Shown: in pieces, positions 25,977 through 39,224 of the stretch | How the letters are laid out: every line of letters starts with the position of its first letter | Position numbering within the stretch: position 1 is the stretch's first letter | Origin: Callorhinchus milii | Taxonomy: Eukaryota | Reading direction: 5' to 3' | Assembly: GCF_018977255.1 (NCBI RefSeq) | Contig: NW_024704743.1 | Location: 42,844,001 to 42,908,000, forward strand | Length of the DNA: 64,000 nt | Notes under the pieces: generated by a model | Database searches by the model: none | Seen by the model: the letters and a program-made list of their open reading frames with translations, nothing else | Told to the model about the DNA's origin: nothing | Position numbers and translations under genes: made by a program

Positions 25977-27539
25977 GTAAGAATCTGTGTTTCCTTTTAA
26001 CATATACCTTTTTATTAAAATTTATTGCAGAATGAAGTATGAGAAAATCCAGAAATTGCTCAAGCTTTGATTTTGAAAGTTGCATGGTAGCTTTTTCTGG
26101 CTCTTTTGATAGCCTTTGTTGAAGTCTTTATCAAAATAAATGTCCCGTAATAAATTGGCTTTGAATTGCTCCATTCAGGTTTGATTTTATTTCTTTGATC
26201 CATGTGAGGAATGACTTTTTTACTGGATCAGCCTGGGTGCAGAAAGATTATTAGTTAGTTGATGATCGGCAAATATTGCTGGAGAAAGTGCAGCTTTAAA
26301 TGTTTGACAACTCTTTGGACTTGACATTCTATGTTTACAGGTTATAGATATATATGTTTTAAAAACCTGCATTGATCAGTCAGACAGATAAATGGAGAGG
26401 GATGGGAAGCGAGAGAAGCAAAGAGGTGAAAGGGGAACAAATGAAGATTAAGAGGTGAAAGGGACTAGTTTATTTTTAATTTCTATTAATTTTCAGGATG
26501 GCGTTTAATTAAAGCCTTCGCCCCTCTAATTTTTAATGGGGGCAGGTGTGGGGGAGCTGGCATTAGGATCTCCTCCTACACGAAGCACAATTCTCCAACC
26601 ACATGGACTGGATAAGTACCCTTCTCCCCAGCTTCTGTCAACGCTCCCCTGTGTAACCAACTGCTCAAAGCTACACCAAAGGGGAACCACCACTGATTTA
26701 TCCTCCGATTCATCCGCCTTCCCTAAGAAAAAGAAGCTCTCATCTTCACTTGCCCTCCTCCCTCGACTGAGAGTGGGAGCTCATACTGCAGGGAATCTGA
26801 GGTGTAAACTTGTGTCTGTGGTACACCAGCACACTAGTACAGTGTGCCACTGGGTTCCCTCTATGCTCCTCAAGCACGATTGTTGCAATAATTACTGTGT
26901 TGCAGAGCTGTAGCCTGTGTAGCAGCTACATCATCACTGGTATTGCAATTAGGATTTATAATTTGGGGATATATCAATTTTCTGTGGGGAAATTATTGAG
27001 TAATGCTCATTGGAAAATGTCTCCGACAGCACTGCATATTAATCATATTTACAAACTGCAGAAAAAGCAGACAAATCAGGCTCATTACTAAATTAATATT
27101 TATCATCATAGCTCATATCGCAGTTGTTTTCAAAAATATTTTATGCATGCTACCTCAGCCCTCTGTTCTGCAGTTTTATCTGACCTGACAACAAAAAGTT
27201 GCAATGATGCAGCATTGCGATTGAGAATTTGTTTCATATTGGGACCAGACTGATGGATGCAGTGTTTTTTTTCCCACTCCTGAACGTACCTATATTCCTA
27301 TATGTTTTATTTTAGTAAGTGAAAAATATTCATATTAAATGGAAATTAATCCTGAATAATATTCTCCATTAAAGGAGTAAAAATAATTAGCTGATATGTG
27401 TTTGCACGGTAGTTCTTTTTTATGTGATCGGGATCACACAATCTCATATATCTTATCCCTCCCCACAAGAGTTACTCCAGAATCACATCTCTCCAATTTT
27501 AATGTACTTTAATTTTAAGTAAAGTACCTAGAAGCTTTC

Positions 27540-28015
27540 ATGATTTCCTTAAACCCAAGGAGGCAAATGCAGCAGGACAAGGTGCTACAGGTCCAAGGCT
27601 GTGAAGGGCAAGTTTAGCAGTCATCAGGAAGAGCATCTCTACACAGAGGTTACTCAACAGCTACAAAAACAGAAGTCTGCTGGGAACACTCAGCAGGTCA
27701 GGCAGCATCGATGGAGAAAGGAAAGTGAGTCAACGTTTCGGGTCCACGACGCTTTGTCAGAATGTGGACCCGAAACGTTGACTCACTTTTCTTTCTCCGT
27801 AGATGCAGCCTGAGCTACTGAATGTTGCCAACAACTTCTGTTTTTGTTTTCAGATTTCCAGCATCTGCAGTATTTTGTTACTCAACAGCTACAATTTGTT
27901 ACCAGAAAGGGTGCTTGTGATCAGGACAATGGAGGCACTTATGAAATGGGTTGGGGAGAAGGAATGCTGGAAGGTTGACATCAAATGATCAAATCATCCT
28001 GATCTGTCCTATGAT
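27540..28015 (+). mobile_element. CR1 3' fragment interrupted by the Penelope-type palindrome
   Basis: CR1 C-terminal-like sequence (..acacagaggttactcaacagctacaatttgttaccagaaagggtg..) is continuous once the insert is removed. Confidence 0.55.
27667..27876. mobile_element. Penelope-like palindromic element with 18-bp target-site duplication
   Basis: About 85-bp inverted arms with a perfect 26-bp core (27722-27747 and 27764-27789), ccgaaacgtt motif and tail ttttcagatttccagcatctgcagt. Flanked by gttactcaacagctacaa at 27649-27666 and 27877-27894. Confidence 0.8.
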
Positions 28016-28299
28016 CTTGTGGGTGTCGTAAAGAGTGTCACGAGAATTCAGAATCCTCCCCCACCCCACCACCCACCACTAAAATGTCAATAATTATGGG
28101 AAAACCTCTCATTAACTGACTCATTTGGTGTGAGATACTACTACTACAACTAGTACAACTAAAAATAATAATCCTTGCATTTGATATAGTGCTTTATTAC
28201 TTCAAAGTGTTTGATTGTTACATCAAATGAACAGGGTTGTTCCAGGCCTGGCCCTCCAGGACCTGGTAACACTATCCCCCTGTACTGAACATCCTCATG

Positions 28300-28533
28300 T
28301 TTCATAGACATGCTTACCTAAAACTACCGTTTTACCTAGCAGTAAATAGGAACCCGATTGCTAGTATATTGGTGGATCTCTTTCTGGGGATAATAATCAT
28401 CTCAACAACGTGATAAAGCGCTATACCACCCACAAAATATGCAGTCAATTCACTTTACAGTATATTCTGTGAAACGCTTTGAGACGACTCGAAGACGTGA
28501 TAAGGCGCTATATCAAATGCAAGGACTATTATA
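28300..28533 (+). mobile_element. tRNA-Ala/Deu SINE fragments
   Basis: ttacctagcagtaaataggaacccg block and the 3' tail. Confidence 0.75.
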
Positions 28534-29961
28534 AATCTCAGGATGAACTAAGGACCAATATTCCTGCTTGACAAGGCTTTGGACATTTATCTGGATAAGC
28601 AGTTCAGCATTGGCTGCATATTTTGAATATTTTGCTCCAACAAAAGGAGCTCCAGCAGTCACCTGTGGAAAGAGGATTTGCCCGAATGCCAGAAATTCTC
28701 TTCCATTTTTTACCAATTTAAGCAGAAATCGTTTTTTGTCAAGGAAAAGACCATTACAGGTACAAGTCCATTGAATCCATAGCTATAGTCCTCCGTTGGT
28801 AGTTAAAGGGCAAATAAACATGAATTTGGATGATGCAAGCAGATAACAACAGAAGCATAGAATGCATAGACCTTTACCGTGATGCTTTCAGTTTGTACAA
28901 AGAAACAAAATAACTAGTTTAAATGGACAGGGCACAGTACCATTATTCCTATCAAGCAGACACTTTGAATTATCTAAATTGGCCCCCAAATTATTTATAT
29001 ATATATATAAATATATATAAGCAGTAAACTAAACTCAATCCAATTAGTTGGGTGTCAATTGTAAACACTGGAGTGAAATTTGTGTTGTTTTTCCAGAATT
29101 TCTATGCCTTAATTTAGCTCTGGGATTATCATCACAAGTAATGGTGTTTAGTGTTGGTGGAGCATTTCTAATTTCATACTGAACCTGGTGTAATGCACTG
29201 GTTGAGAACTGTTGACAAGGTCCTGTTCTACCCCACCCACCTCAAACCCCCAATACTCAATTGTTCAGTCTAATCTGCCACCATTTTTTCCTAAACCTGA
29301 GGGCTGTTTTCTTAACCTTTAGAGAATGTGATACATTTTTATTGTTCAGTTATTTTATTGGGCTTTTCTGTAAGAGTGTCAACATTTGTGTTCTTCCCAC
29401 TCAAGAAACTGTTATTTTGTAGTCAAGGTTGGGACCTCTACTAAACCCAATAGATCCTTTGATTGCCTTATGGTTTGCTCACAGTGTCAATTACAATTTT
29501 ATAATGGATTTTAATTATATCATTTTGATTTACAGACAGCTAGGTTCTTTACCAGCAAATATCTTCCTCCCCCAAAGGACTGCCCAGGTTGAGTACATGT
29601 CTACTTGACCCTTTTAAAAAGTCCCTTGACCCCTTTTAAAAAGGGAATTAAATAGATGCTTGAGAAAGAAGATTAAAGGGTATAGGAAGCTAATAGGGAA
29701 TTTGGATTGGCATAGACTCACATAGACTGTACTACATGGAAACAGGCCATTCAGCCCAAATGTTCATCCTAGTGTATAGACTCCACATGAGTCTCCTTAT
29801 TCCCTCCTATACCGTTCTATTGCCTTCTCCCTGATGTGTATATCCCTCATGTGGAAAAATATCAGCAGGCTTGATAGGTCAAATGGCCTGTTTCTGTACT
29901 GTGACATTCAAAGACAGCTAAATTATCCTTGTATTCCAAGGGTATTAGTTGGGTGTCAATT

Positions 29962-32103
29962 GCCAGGCTTCTCTTCTCCACTATCACTCCTTTCTCTTTG
30001 ACCGTGCCTTCAGCTCCCCTCTCAACTCTCTATCCCCTCCTCACCCCCTCCCTTCCCTCCCCTCACCCTGACTATTTCCCCCCTCCTCGCTCCCTCCCTT
30101 CCCTCCCCTCACCCTGACCATTTCCTGCCTGCTCGGGTCCTGACCCAACTGTCCAGTACCTTGTGACATCCTCCCGACGTGAAAGGCGCTCTATAAATGG
30201 AATCTTGTTGTTGTTGTATCAACCGGCTCCTCCGTCCACCCTCTCATGCCTCGCCCATCCTCTCCACCAACTGCGAGAAGATGTCGGATTTCTTCAAGAC
30301 CAAATTTGAGGGGAACTGTTCAGCCGCCTCCGCCCTCCCAACCGCCACCTCCTCCCCATCTCTCGCTCACACTCTGGCCCCTGCCCATCCCTCCTTCCAC
30401 ACCTTCGAACCTGTCTCCCCCTCCTCTCTCACCACCACTATAATCTGCATAAAGCAATCCTCGACCCAATCCCTACCCCTCTCCCAGCTCCACTTCCTCG
30501 CCCCTTCACTCTCAGACCTTGTCAACTTCTTCCTGTCAACTGGCACTGCTCCCACCCCCCTAAAAACAGCCGTCATCACCCCTATCCTAAACAAAAAACC
30601 TTCCCTGGAACCATCCCTGCTCACTAAATAGTGCCCCATCTCCAACCTCCCTTTCCTTTCCAAGGTCCATGAAAGTGTTGTTGCTTCCCAACTTCACTCC
30701 TTCCTCTCCCGCTACTCCCTTTACAAACCCTTCCAATCGGGTTTCTGTGCTGCCCACAGCATCGAAATAGTCCCGTTCAAGGTGACAAATGACATTCTGT
30801 CCATCTGTGACCAGGACTCCCTCTGTCTCCTCATCCTCCTCAACTTCTCTGCTGTCTTTGACACTGGACCAATCTATCCCACTCCACCACCTCTCCTCTC
30901 ACCTTAACGTTCAAGGTTCTGTCCTTGAATGGTTCAAATCCTATCTCTCACACTGGTTCCACTTTGTCTCCACAAATGACTTCTCCTCCAGCCCCCGCAC
31001 TGTCTCATGCGATATTCCTCAGAGCTCTGGTCTCGGTCCTCTCTCCTTTGCCCTGTACATGCTCCCTCTTGCTGACATTATCCACAGACATGGGGTCAAC
31101 TTCCACATGTACGCGGATGACACCCAACTCTATCTCTCTGCCTCCAACCTCGACCCCAGAACCACTGATGTCCCGACAGACTGTCTGTCAGACATCAAGT
31201 CCTGGATGAGAACCAACATTCTACAGTTGAATGTCAGCAAGACCGAGGCTCTCCTGTTTGTCTCGCACTAGCACCTCCACACCTCAAGCACTGGCAGCAT
31301 CAGCATCCACGGATGCACACTCCACCTCACCAAGCCAGACAGGAACCTATGCTTCTTGTTCGATCCTCAACTGTCCTTTCTTCCCCCACATCCGTGCCAT
31401 GACCCGTTTTGTCTTCCCCCACCTCCACAACATTGCTTGACGCCTCCATTACCTCATCCCTCATGCCACCAAAACCCTCATACATGCCTTCATTACAACC
31501 AGGCTCAACTATGCCAACTTGTCTTGTCGGCCTTCTCAACTCTTCCCTCCACAAGCTGCAGATCATCCAGAACTCTGCAGCTCGTGTCCTCTCCCGCACT
31601 AGGCTCCGTGACCCCATTACCCCAACCCTCACCCAGTTCCACTGGCTCCCCATCTCTCAGAGGATCGAGTTCAAAATTCTCGTCCTCACCTTCAAGGCCC
31701 TCCATGGCCTTGGCCCCTCCTCCCATTCCAACCAGCTAACCCTTTATCAACCTGTCCATTCCTCCTCCCAGCAGGCTCCAGCCTGCCCCATGTTTCCCTG
31801 CCCAGCCCGTCCCACCATTGGCAGTCGGGCCTTCAGCCTCTCTGCCACACCCTCTGGAACTCCATCCCACATTCTCTTTGCCTTGTTCCCTCCCTTGCCT
31901 CCTTCAAGGCACACCTCAAGAACCCTCCTCTTTGACCATCCATGCCTTTAACCACTCTCCTACCACCCCCCCCACCTCACTCTCCACCCTTCCTGACCCC
32001 AACCCGGCCCCCACCCAACCTTCTGCTTGGGTCCTAATCCCTGATTATTCAGTCCAACCAATGTGAAATTCGCCTTACAAATATAATTCTTATTGTATTG
32101 TAT
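29962..32103 (+). mobile_element. Longest LINE2 in the window (5'-truncated, degenerate RT) with a nested L2 tail at 29987-30216
   Basis: RLLFSTI|NRLLRPP split by the insert; KTAVITPILNKKPSL, PISNLPFLSK, YADDTQLY and HWLPISQRIEFKIL motifs. Confidence 0.93.
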
Positions 32104-35100
32104 CTCCAGCTGGTGACCCTATAGGTCTGCAAACCTGACCTGAGCCACAGTACACCAGAGTTTGGTACTATTCTTGCCCAATGCTCCAGTTACCTACAGT
32201 AATGTGATCAGTCTTATAATGCCTTTTCGGTGTTTCATGCTCCAAACAAACATAGAGGAGATCGTTTATGACAAGGTTCCATGATGTACGGCACAAGTCC
32301 ATTTGGATTTGGGGCAGAAGGTAGTTACAAGCACCTGTTTAGATAAAGAGGTTGAAAAAAGTCAGGAAAATGGCAGCATAAATGACATACTGAGGTAAAG
32401 CCTCCTGCGGTGAATGTTATGCATTTATGCCAATTTCTAAGAACTTCCAACCCGAGAATAGATTTGATTCTGAAATCGTTGTGACTCACATGGGTCTTCC
32501 TGCAGTGTTTGAGTGAGAAGCTTTTTCCAGTGACAAGGTACCAATGATATTTTCATTTCCCTGGGCTGTATCTTTTTGAAGCATAGGATCTCACTAGTTA
32601 TATGAATTACAAGTGTTCCAGTTGAAGATCTAGGAATCACTTATTGCAAATTCCAAACTATTCCCAGTTCTCTCCTGACGGCATTTCATGCCTGGTTTCA
32701 GTTCCAAGGACAAAGGCTGTTCCTCAAGTATTTTACGCAAGTGGTCATTCATAATGCATGCATGTAGTCAATGAGTATCAATAGGCCTCATGCCCTCCAG
32801 GTGATATCGTGGCAGAGGTTGAGCTCTCTTCACTCAATATCTAAAGACAAAAAACAAAAAGAATTGTAACCTCCCCCTGAAGTATGACTGGGGTTAGTTG
32901 AAGCAGACATTTTCAAATGGAAAACACACATATTTTCGCCGACAAAATATGCAGTTAATTCACTTTATAGTAAATTCTGTGAAGCTCTTTGAGACGTCTC
33001 GAAGACGTGATAAAGCATTACATCACATGCAAGGATTATTATTATATATAGGGAGCAAATGAACAATACCAGTGTCTCTGCTTGTTCTGGAGCGAACGCA
33101 GAGAATGCCCAACATCTATTGGAAATATACTCCAGCATGAGTCAGGAACAAGGTGAGAATGTTGGCAGGGGAAAGGAAAACATAAAAGGATCTTTCATAA
33201 TCACCATTTTTACTAGAGAGGAGTGATGTTTGCAAACACAAATATAAACACGTTGTGAAATTGTTTATTTTGGTAGTTTTCTCTGTGTGACAGTAAGATG
33301 CCTTCACTGTACAGTAGTCTCATCAATCCTTATTGGAGTGTAGCAAAATGATGATCGGATTTCACAAGTGAAAACTGTACACGCGAATGTAATAAAAACA
33401 GAAGTGAAGAAAAGCGAGTGGAATAATTATGATCCATCAACTGGTATAAAAACATTGAGGTAGCCAGACCACAGAGACACTTTATCCTCATTGAAAATAT
33501 GCCCTGTTTGAGCTTATCCATCTGTTTTGTGAGTACTGTTTATGCAAACATTTCATATTTGTTATTTCTGCTTACAAAATACTGTACAGATGGAATTTTG
33601 CAGATATCATTTGAAAAATAGGTGTAAATATGTGAAGAAATGTGTATGCTCTTAACCACAAAGAATGTACCATTCTATCGGCTCATGTAATTTAATCTAA
33701 TGTAATATCCCTATTACCAGCACCTTTTCACAAGAGAATGGAGGTTAAATGTTTGACCTGTAAAGCAATCGATTGCAGTGCATTAGGGGTGGCTTTGTGT
33801 CTTCATGGTGGTCACTGAGATCATTGTTGGATGGGAAGGGGGGCTGGGTTTGTGGGTCACAGGGGCATCCAAAAACTGCATTCGTAGTCACTGACTGGAA
33901 ACAATTGGGAGAGCGCTGAGAATAATTTGGCGGTAAGCAGTGTAGGTAATGGAATTGCTAACAAGACAATTGTCATAAAAACGTTGCTGAGAAAGAACTC
34001 AGTGGTGTCTGCTCAGGGGCACTGATATATATTGCGTTTAGCACAAAGAGAGAAAGATTTTAAAACACTGCTTTATTTGTCTTCGAGAAACAGTCTTCAA
34101 ATATGATAGCCTGAAGTCCCCTTAACAAAGTAAATGCTGTTAAATTAATTGAAAATTAATGAAAAATATGTTATAGTCACTTCATGTTGATTTGAACTTT
34201 TATTGCGCTGCTGCCATATTTTAAGGAAAGTCATTATATTTAAAGATTTTGTATAAAGGGCATTTGCCCGAATTTTTTATTTAAATTGTGTCACACATAT
34301 ATAAATAGCAAACTTTCTCACTGGGTGTCCTGAAATGTTAAGAATTGCTTAGCGGTGCAAAGGGCTATAATAATTCACGGGTTTCTCCTATCAAATGTAA
34401 TTTATGTGGGCGTTTGCCATTTTTGAATGTCAGTGTTTTATCTCTTTATTCTGTGCTCTTACTAAATATTCATAAAGTATTCATGGAATTCCCATGCTAA
34501 GACTCTGCAACAATTTGTAACCCTTTCCCTGCTGGAAGACCTGCTGGAAGACCTTTTGAGCTTTCGATACACAAGATTTGCTTTTCACACAATGGTCTGC
34601 AAGAATAATTTTCTCTTTGTTTCTGATTATTAATACCTGTAGCATAATGTACAGTCTTCACAAGATTATAAGATAATTTAAGATTTTAAGACAATGGTTT
34701 TAAGACTAAGACTAGGAGACATGTCAGGCCTGGGAACACATTACATTTCCCCATTTAACTGATTGTGAATGCCCAGCACTCCAAAGATAGAGTGCTATGC
34801 TGTTGTGGCACTGCCTTGTGTCATTTGCAGACAAAAGCACATTTGAGAGGGCAATTCATTGCGGTGTGAAGTGTATATCTTTGCTAAGCGCTCTCTGTTA
34901 TTTTGGTTCCGGTTGAACAGCTGACTGATAAAGTGAACTGCAGTGTAACATGTATAGCGCTAGTTTATGCCTAGTTTATGATGAACTTTTCCCAGCTACC
35001 GCTTTTTGCATGCATGCACAGTGATATCACTGATTATGTGACCTCATGCCCAGTCACACTGACTGACACCCCATTATAAAGATATTTGATGGACCCTCAG

Positions 35101-37392
35101 CCAACAACAACCTGCATTTATATAACATGTGGGGTGGTGCCTGAGCGCTTAGAACTGCTACCTTGTAATGGGATCATCCTGTAAGTGCAACTGGTGGAAT
35201 CGATCTTTTCAAATAGCAGTCAGAACCTCCACTCACCCACAAAATACACAGTCAATTAACTTTACACTGTATCCTGTGAAACGTTTGACACGTCTCAACG
35301 ATGTGGTAAGGCACTATATCAAATGCAAGGATTATTATTATCTCATCTGAAATATATTGGATGATCTTTTCAGGACCAATTTTAATGTTAGTGCCATTCA
35401 AAACTAGCAGATATTCAGCACGAGTTAGAGTAGCACATTGCATGTGGCAAGCACTCCACAGACTCGCCACTGCAATGAGATGGAGAACAGGAAATTGTAA
35501 ATCAGTCTGACTGCTGGAAATGATAATGAATCATTTACATAAGAGTCAAAGTGGATTGTTTTGTTTCATTTGTTGCTTCCAACACAGCGTGCAGGTCTCT
35601 GTTCTTTCACAATCTGCAAATGCCCATTGACTAGACTTGTGCAACGTTTGTGTGGGGAGCCACGCAACCTCACTGCTGGATGGATAGAGTACGTTTTGTG
35701 TACATGAATGGATAATAGAGTTCATTGAATACCACAATATAAATAGAGGGAGAAAAATTGGGCAAGAAGTAATGGAGATTGCAGGCTAATTTGAATTTAA
35801 CGCAACAAAAGCCCCTTAGGAGCTGAGAAAGTGTTTCTGCTGGAGATCAGCATTACTGTGTTCCAACAAGGTGGAAAAACAGGGAAAGCAACCGGCAACA
35901 ACCAGCATTCTGAAATCCTGGACTAAGTACCAAGCACTGCTGTCGACATGCCATGAATATATATTTTCGCTGCTCCAGTATTTTCCCTATTTTTGGACCT
36001 GGAAATCTTCAAAATTGAATGAGCTATGAAACATCAATAACTAAAACCTTATCTTCATTATGATTGAACAGCCAGGCCTAGAACCTTATCGTTTTGCTGG
36101 AAAATCTACTAAGAATCCTTGCGTTTGGTAGAACGCCTGATCATGTCACAGGGCTGCGAGCCAAAAGTCAAGGTTGTGGCGCTAAAAAAAGTGGTTATAC
36201 AGGGCACGAATGTTCTTTTTATTCATCATCAGAAGTCACTCTGGTGCAATTATTGCCGACTGATGAATTCAATGCAGGAAGCACAAGTCTTCTAACACTG
36301 GGGTGCTCTGGCTCCAGTCAGTTGGTCACAGCAGCCACTGTGCAGGCTTATGGTTGATGTACTTCGTGCTCACCTCGCACAGCCATTTGTTCTCAGAGTG
36401 TGAATCACCAGCATGCACTGTATATTTATCTATCTGTGCACCGCTGACATACATTTACAATAGGTTCTCTTACCATGTATTTTCAAGCTCTTTCACGCTT
36501 GAATTTCTGGGAAAGGGGCAGGGGGTTATGATTGACATGGATACATGTCCATGATATGACTTAACATTTTCAACTACAAAAATTCCTTTAACATAAGTTG
36601 ATCCCACCTTACATAATGCTAGCAGGAAGACAGAAGAAAGAAACAGTTAAGGAACTGCTAAGTTTAGCAATAGAGATTAATCAGAGAAAACAATTGGAAT
36701 AGGTGTAAAATAGTTTTAAAAGAGTTAAAATCTTAAAGATAAAGGATGGACAAAGAGTAGAGAACAGGGAAGAGAACATAGGAAAAATAAACAATCACAT
36801 TTATTTAAAAAATTAACCTAAAATTGTATATTGTAGGTTAGGGCTAATCCTACAATAATACTGCCTTGTTGTTTGACAAGCTTTATTATAACAAAACTAG
36901 GATCCCAGTATCACAGTCCATGACAAAAAGAGGTATATATTTGGTAAGTTCCCACAGACGGCTCCACCGGCACAGTAAGAGTCAAATGGTTAAAGTTTAA
37001 GAGTAGATAGAATGGAAAAGTACATCCAGTCTTAAAAAATCTAGGGTGTCATGATAAAAAATGGTAATATCTAAATAAAACAGGGATACAATAAATGCAT
37101 TTCCTCATATAACCATTTTTCACAAATTCTAAGTTGCCCCCACCTGAGCCATACATGGTATCAATAAATTAGAAGCTTTCTGTCCCCACCTCAGCTTTAT
37201 CATCAAACAACAGTTTCCTCAGTACACTTGGTATAGATTCTTGGGGAGAAAAAAGAGATTTCACAACAGATTTGATGTGAAAATGATCAATATCCCTTCA
37301 CCCTCTTGTGTGCTAATAACCTGAAATAAACCAGAATTTTCTCTCTCTAACCATAACACTTTGTTAAATGCTCTCTTATATTTTCTTTGCAG

Positions 37393-37607
37393 GTCATGCA
37401 CCCAATGAGGATCTGTAGGATTTAAGCTTTACTTACGGTAAAGTTAAAAGCCCTGATTGGAGGAAGCAATATCAAGCGCTAGAGGTTGATAAAGATATTT
37501 TTGACCAAAGACCACCTGACAAAACTTCCAAGAGTTTCCAAAGAGTTTGCCCCTTTCACTGCTGATACTCACCTAAAGGCCCTGTAAGCCTTATCCATCA
37601 CAGCATA
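37393..37607 (+). other. 5' UTR portion of the first coding exon
   Basis: Strong polypyrimidine acceptor (ctctcttatattttctttgcag|G) at 37392/37393, which implies an upstream non-coding exon. Confidence 0.75.
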
Positions 37608-37811
37608 ATGGGTAAGAAGTATTTATTGGGGACATGCCTATTTCTGTGTTTAGTTGAACTGGCCCAGGTATCCGAGGTCCAGCCAACAACAGCAATGGAC
37701 TACAGCCAACAGAACAAGATGTCTCATCGTCGTGTGAGAAGAGGCTGGGTTTGGAACCAGTTTTTTGTGCTGGAAGAATACACGGGAACAGAACCGTTGT
37801 ACGTGGGCAAG
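37608..37811 (+). CDS. CDH20: Type II cadherin (CDH20-like) coding exon 1: signal peptide, prodomain, furin site RRVRR, start of EC1 ([23 protein letters not shown])
   Basis: ATG in strong Kozak context (A at -3, G at +4), hydrophobic N-terminus, type II W2/W4 signature, donor AAG|gtaaga at 37811/37812, phase 0. The symbol is a best match from recalled sequences. Confidence 0.93.
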
Positions 37812-37949
37812 GTAAGAATGGAACAGGAACCGCATGTCAAATGGAGAGCGAGGTTTAATATTCTTAAATCTCACTGAACTACTGAAGTTAACAGCATGAT
37901 GTGAACGTCACACTGTGAAGAACACAGCACGTCTGTACATTTCATCCAG

Positions 37950-38640
37950 AATTTAGGACAGAGAATCCGAGGATCATTCAGTCCATCAAGTCCATTCCGC
38001 CAGTTTGTTCCATCACAGCAGATTTTTTAAATCTCTTTTTCCCCACACTCCTTACTACCTTCATTTCCCAAGTACCTATCTATTTCCTTTCGAAACATCC
38101 CATTTGATTCTGCCTTCACTGCCTTCAGGGGTAGTGCTTTCCACAATTTCACAATCTTTCAACTGTGTAAAGAAACAATAATAATAATGTAATAATAATA
38201 ATAGTAATGTGATAATAATAATAATCCTTGCATTTGATGTAGCACTTTTCACATCTTCTAGACGTCTCAAAGTGCTTCACAGAATATACTGGTAAAGTGA
38301 ATTGACTGAATATTTGTGGGCGAAATGCGGCAGCCAATTGCGCACAGCAGTGTCCCACAAACAGTCATGGATTAAGTGACTAAATTGTTATTGCTTTTTG
38401 TAAGCATTATTATCCCCGGAAAGCGATGCTCCAATCGACTAACAACCGGGTTCCTACTTACTGCTAGGTAAACTGAGGCATGTGGAGTAAGGAAACTTGG
38501 CCAATGTTTCGCCCTACCGGGAATAGAACCCAAGTCTCCCACTTGCAACCACCGAGCTACAAGACTCCAGACTCCATGAGAAATGTTTTCTCATCTCACT
38601 TCTATCTATCCAGCCTCTAACATTAAAATTTGACATGTTA
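37950..38640 (-). mobile_element. CR1 3' fragment interrupted by a near-full-length tRNA-Ala/Deu SINE (about 38178-38575) in intron 1
   Basis: CR1-like ggatcattcagtccatc...tgccttcaggggtagtgctttccacaatttcacaa. SINE runs from an (AAT)n tail to the head gagctacaagactcc. Confidence 0.75.
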
Positions 38641-38929
38641 AAATCAGAGTACCTAAAAGTAAGTAGTTCAGCTGCAAGCAAATAGACTTTCCTTGACATG
38701 GTTTGGATAGTGTAGTAAAATTCCAGGCTTGAGAATGAACATAGGTTTGAGTTCAGCTCTATTCAGTTCCCAACTTGTGTCAAGTAGAGCATGGAGGCAT
38801 CAAGCGAAGATTGAATGAGGAAGGCCAAAATGAGTAGGAGAGGAATCCAGAGCGGGAAACAGTTCTTGAAAAAGGGGATAATGTGAAGGTGGAAAATAAT
38901 AAGATCTTCTCTTCGTTGTGTAATTGCAG

Positions 38930-39224
38930 CTTCACTCAGACATGGACAGAGGAGAAGGTTCTGTCAGGTATATCCTCTCAGGGGACGGAGCTGGCACTGT
39001 TTTCACTATTGATGACACCACTGGAGATATTCATGCTATACAACGGCTGGATCGGGAGCAGAAGACTCACTACACCCTGCACGCTCAAGCCTTGAACAGG
39101 AAGACTGGCAGGCCCTTGGAACCAGAGTCTGAATTCATCATCAAAATTCAGGATATCAATGACAATGAACCAAAGTTTCTAGATGGACCTTATGTTGCCA
39201 CTGTTCCCGAAATGTCCCCTATGG
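38930..39224 (+). CDS. CDH20: Cadherin coding exon 2 (EC1: LHSDMDRG...LDRE...[10 protein letters not shown]...PEMSPM)
   Basis: Acceptor ttgcag|CTT, donor ATGG|gtaaga, 295 bp, intact Ca-binding motifs LDRE and DINDN. Confidence 0.96.
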
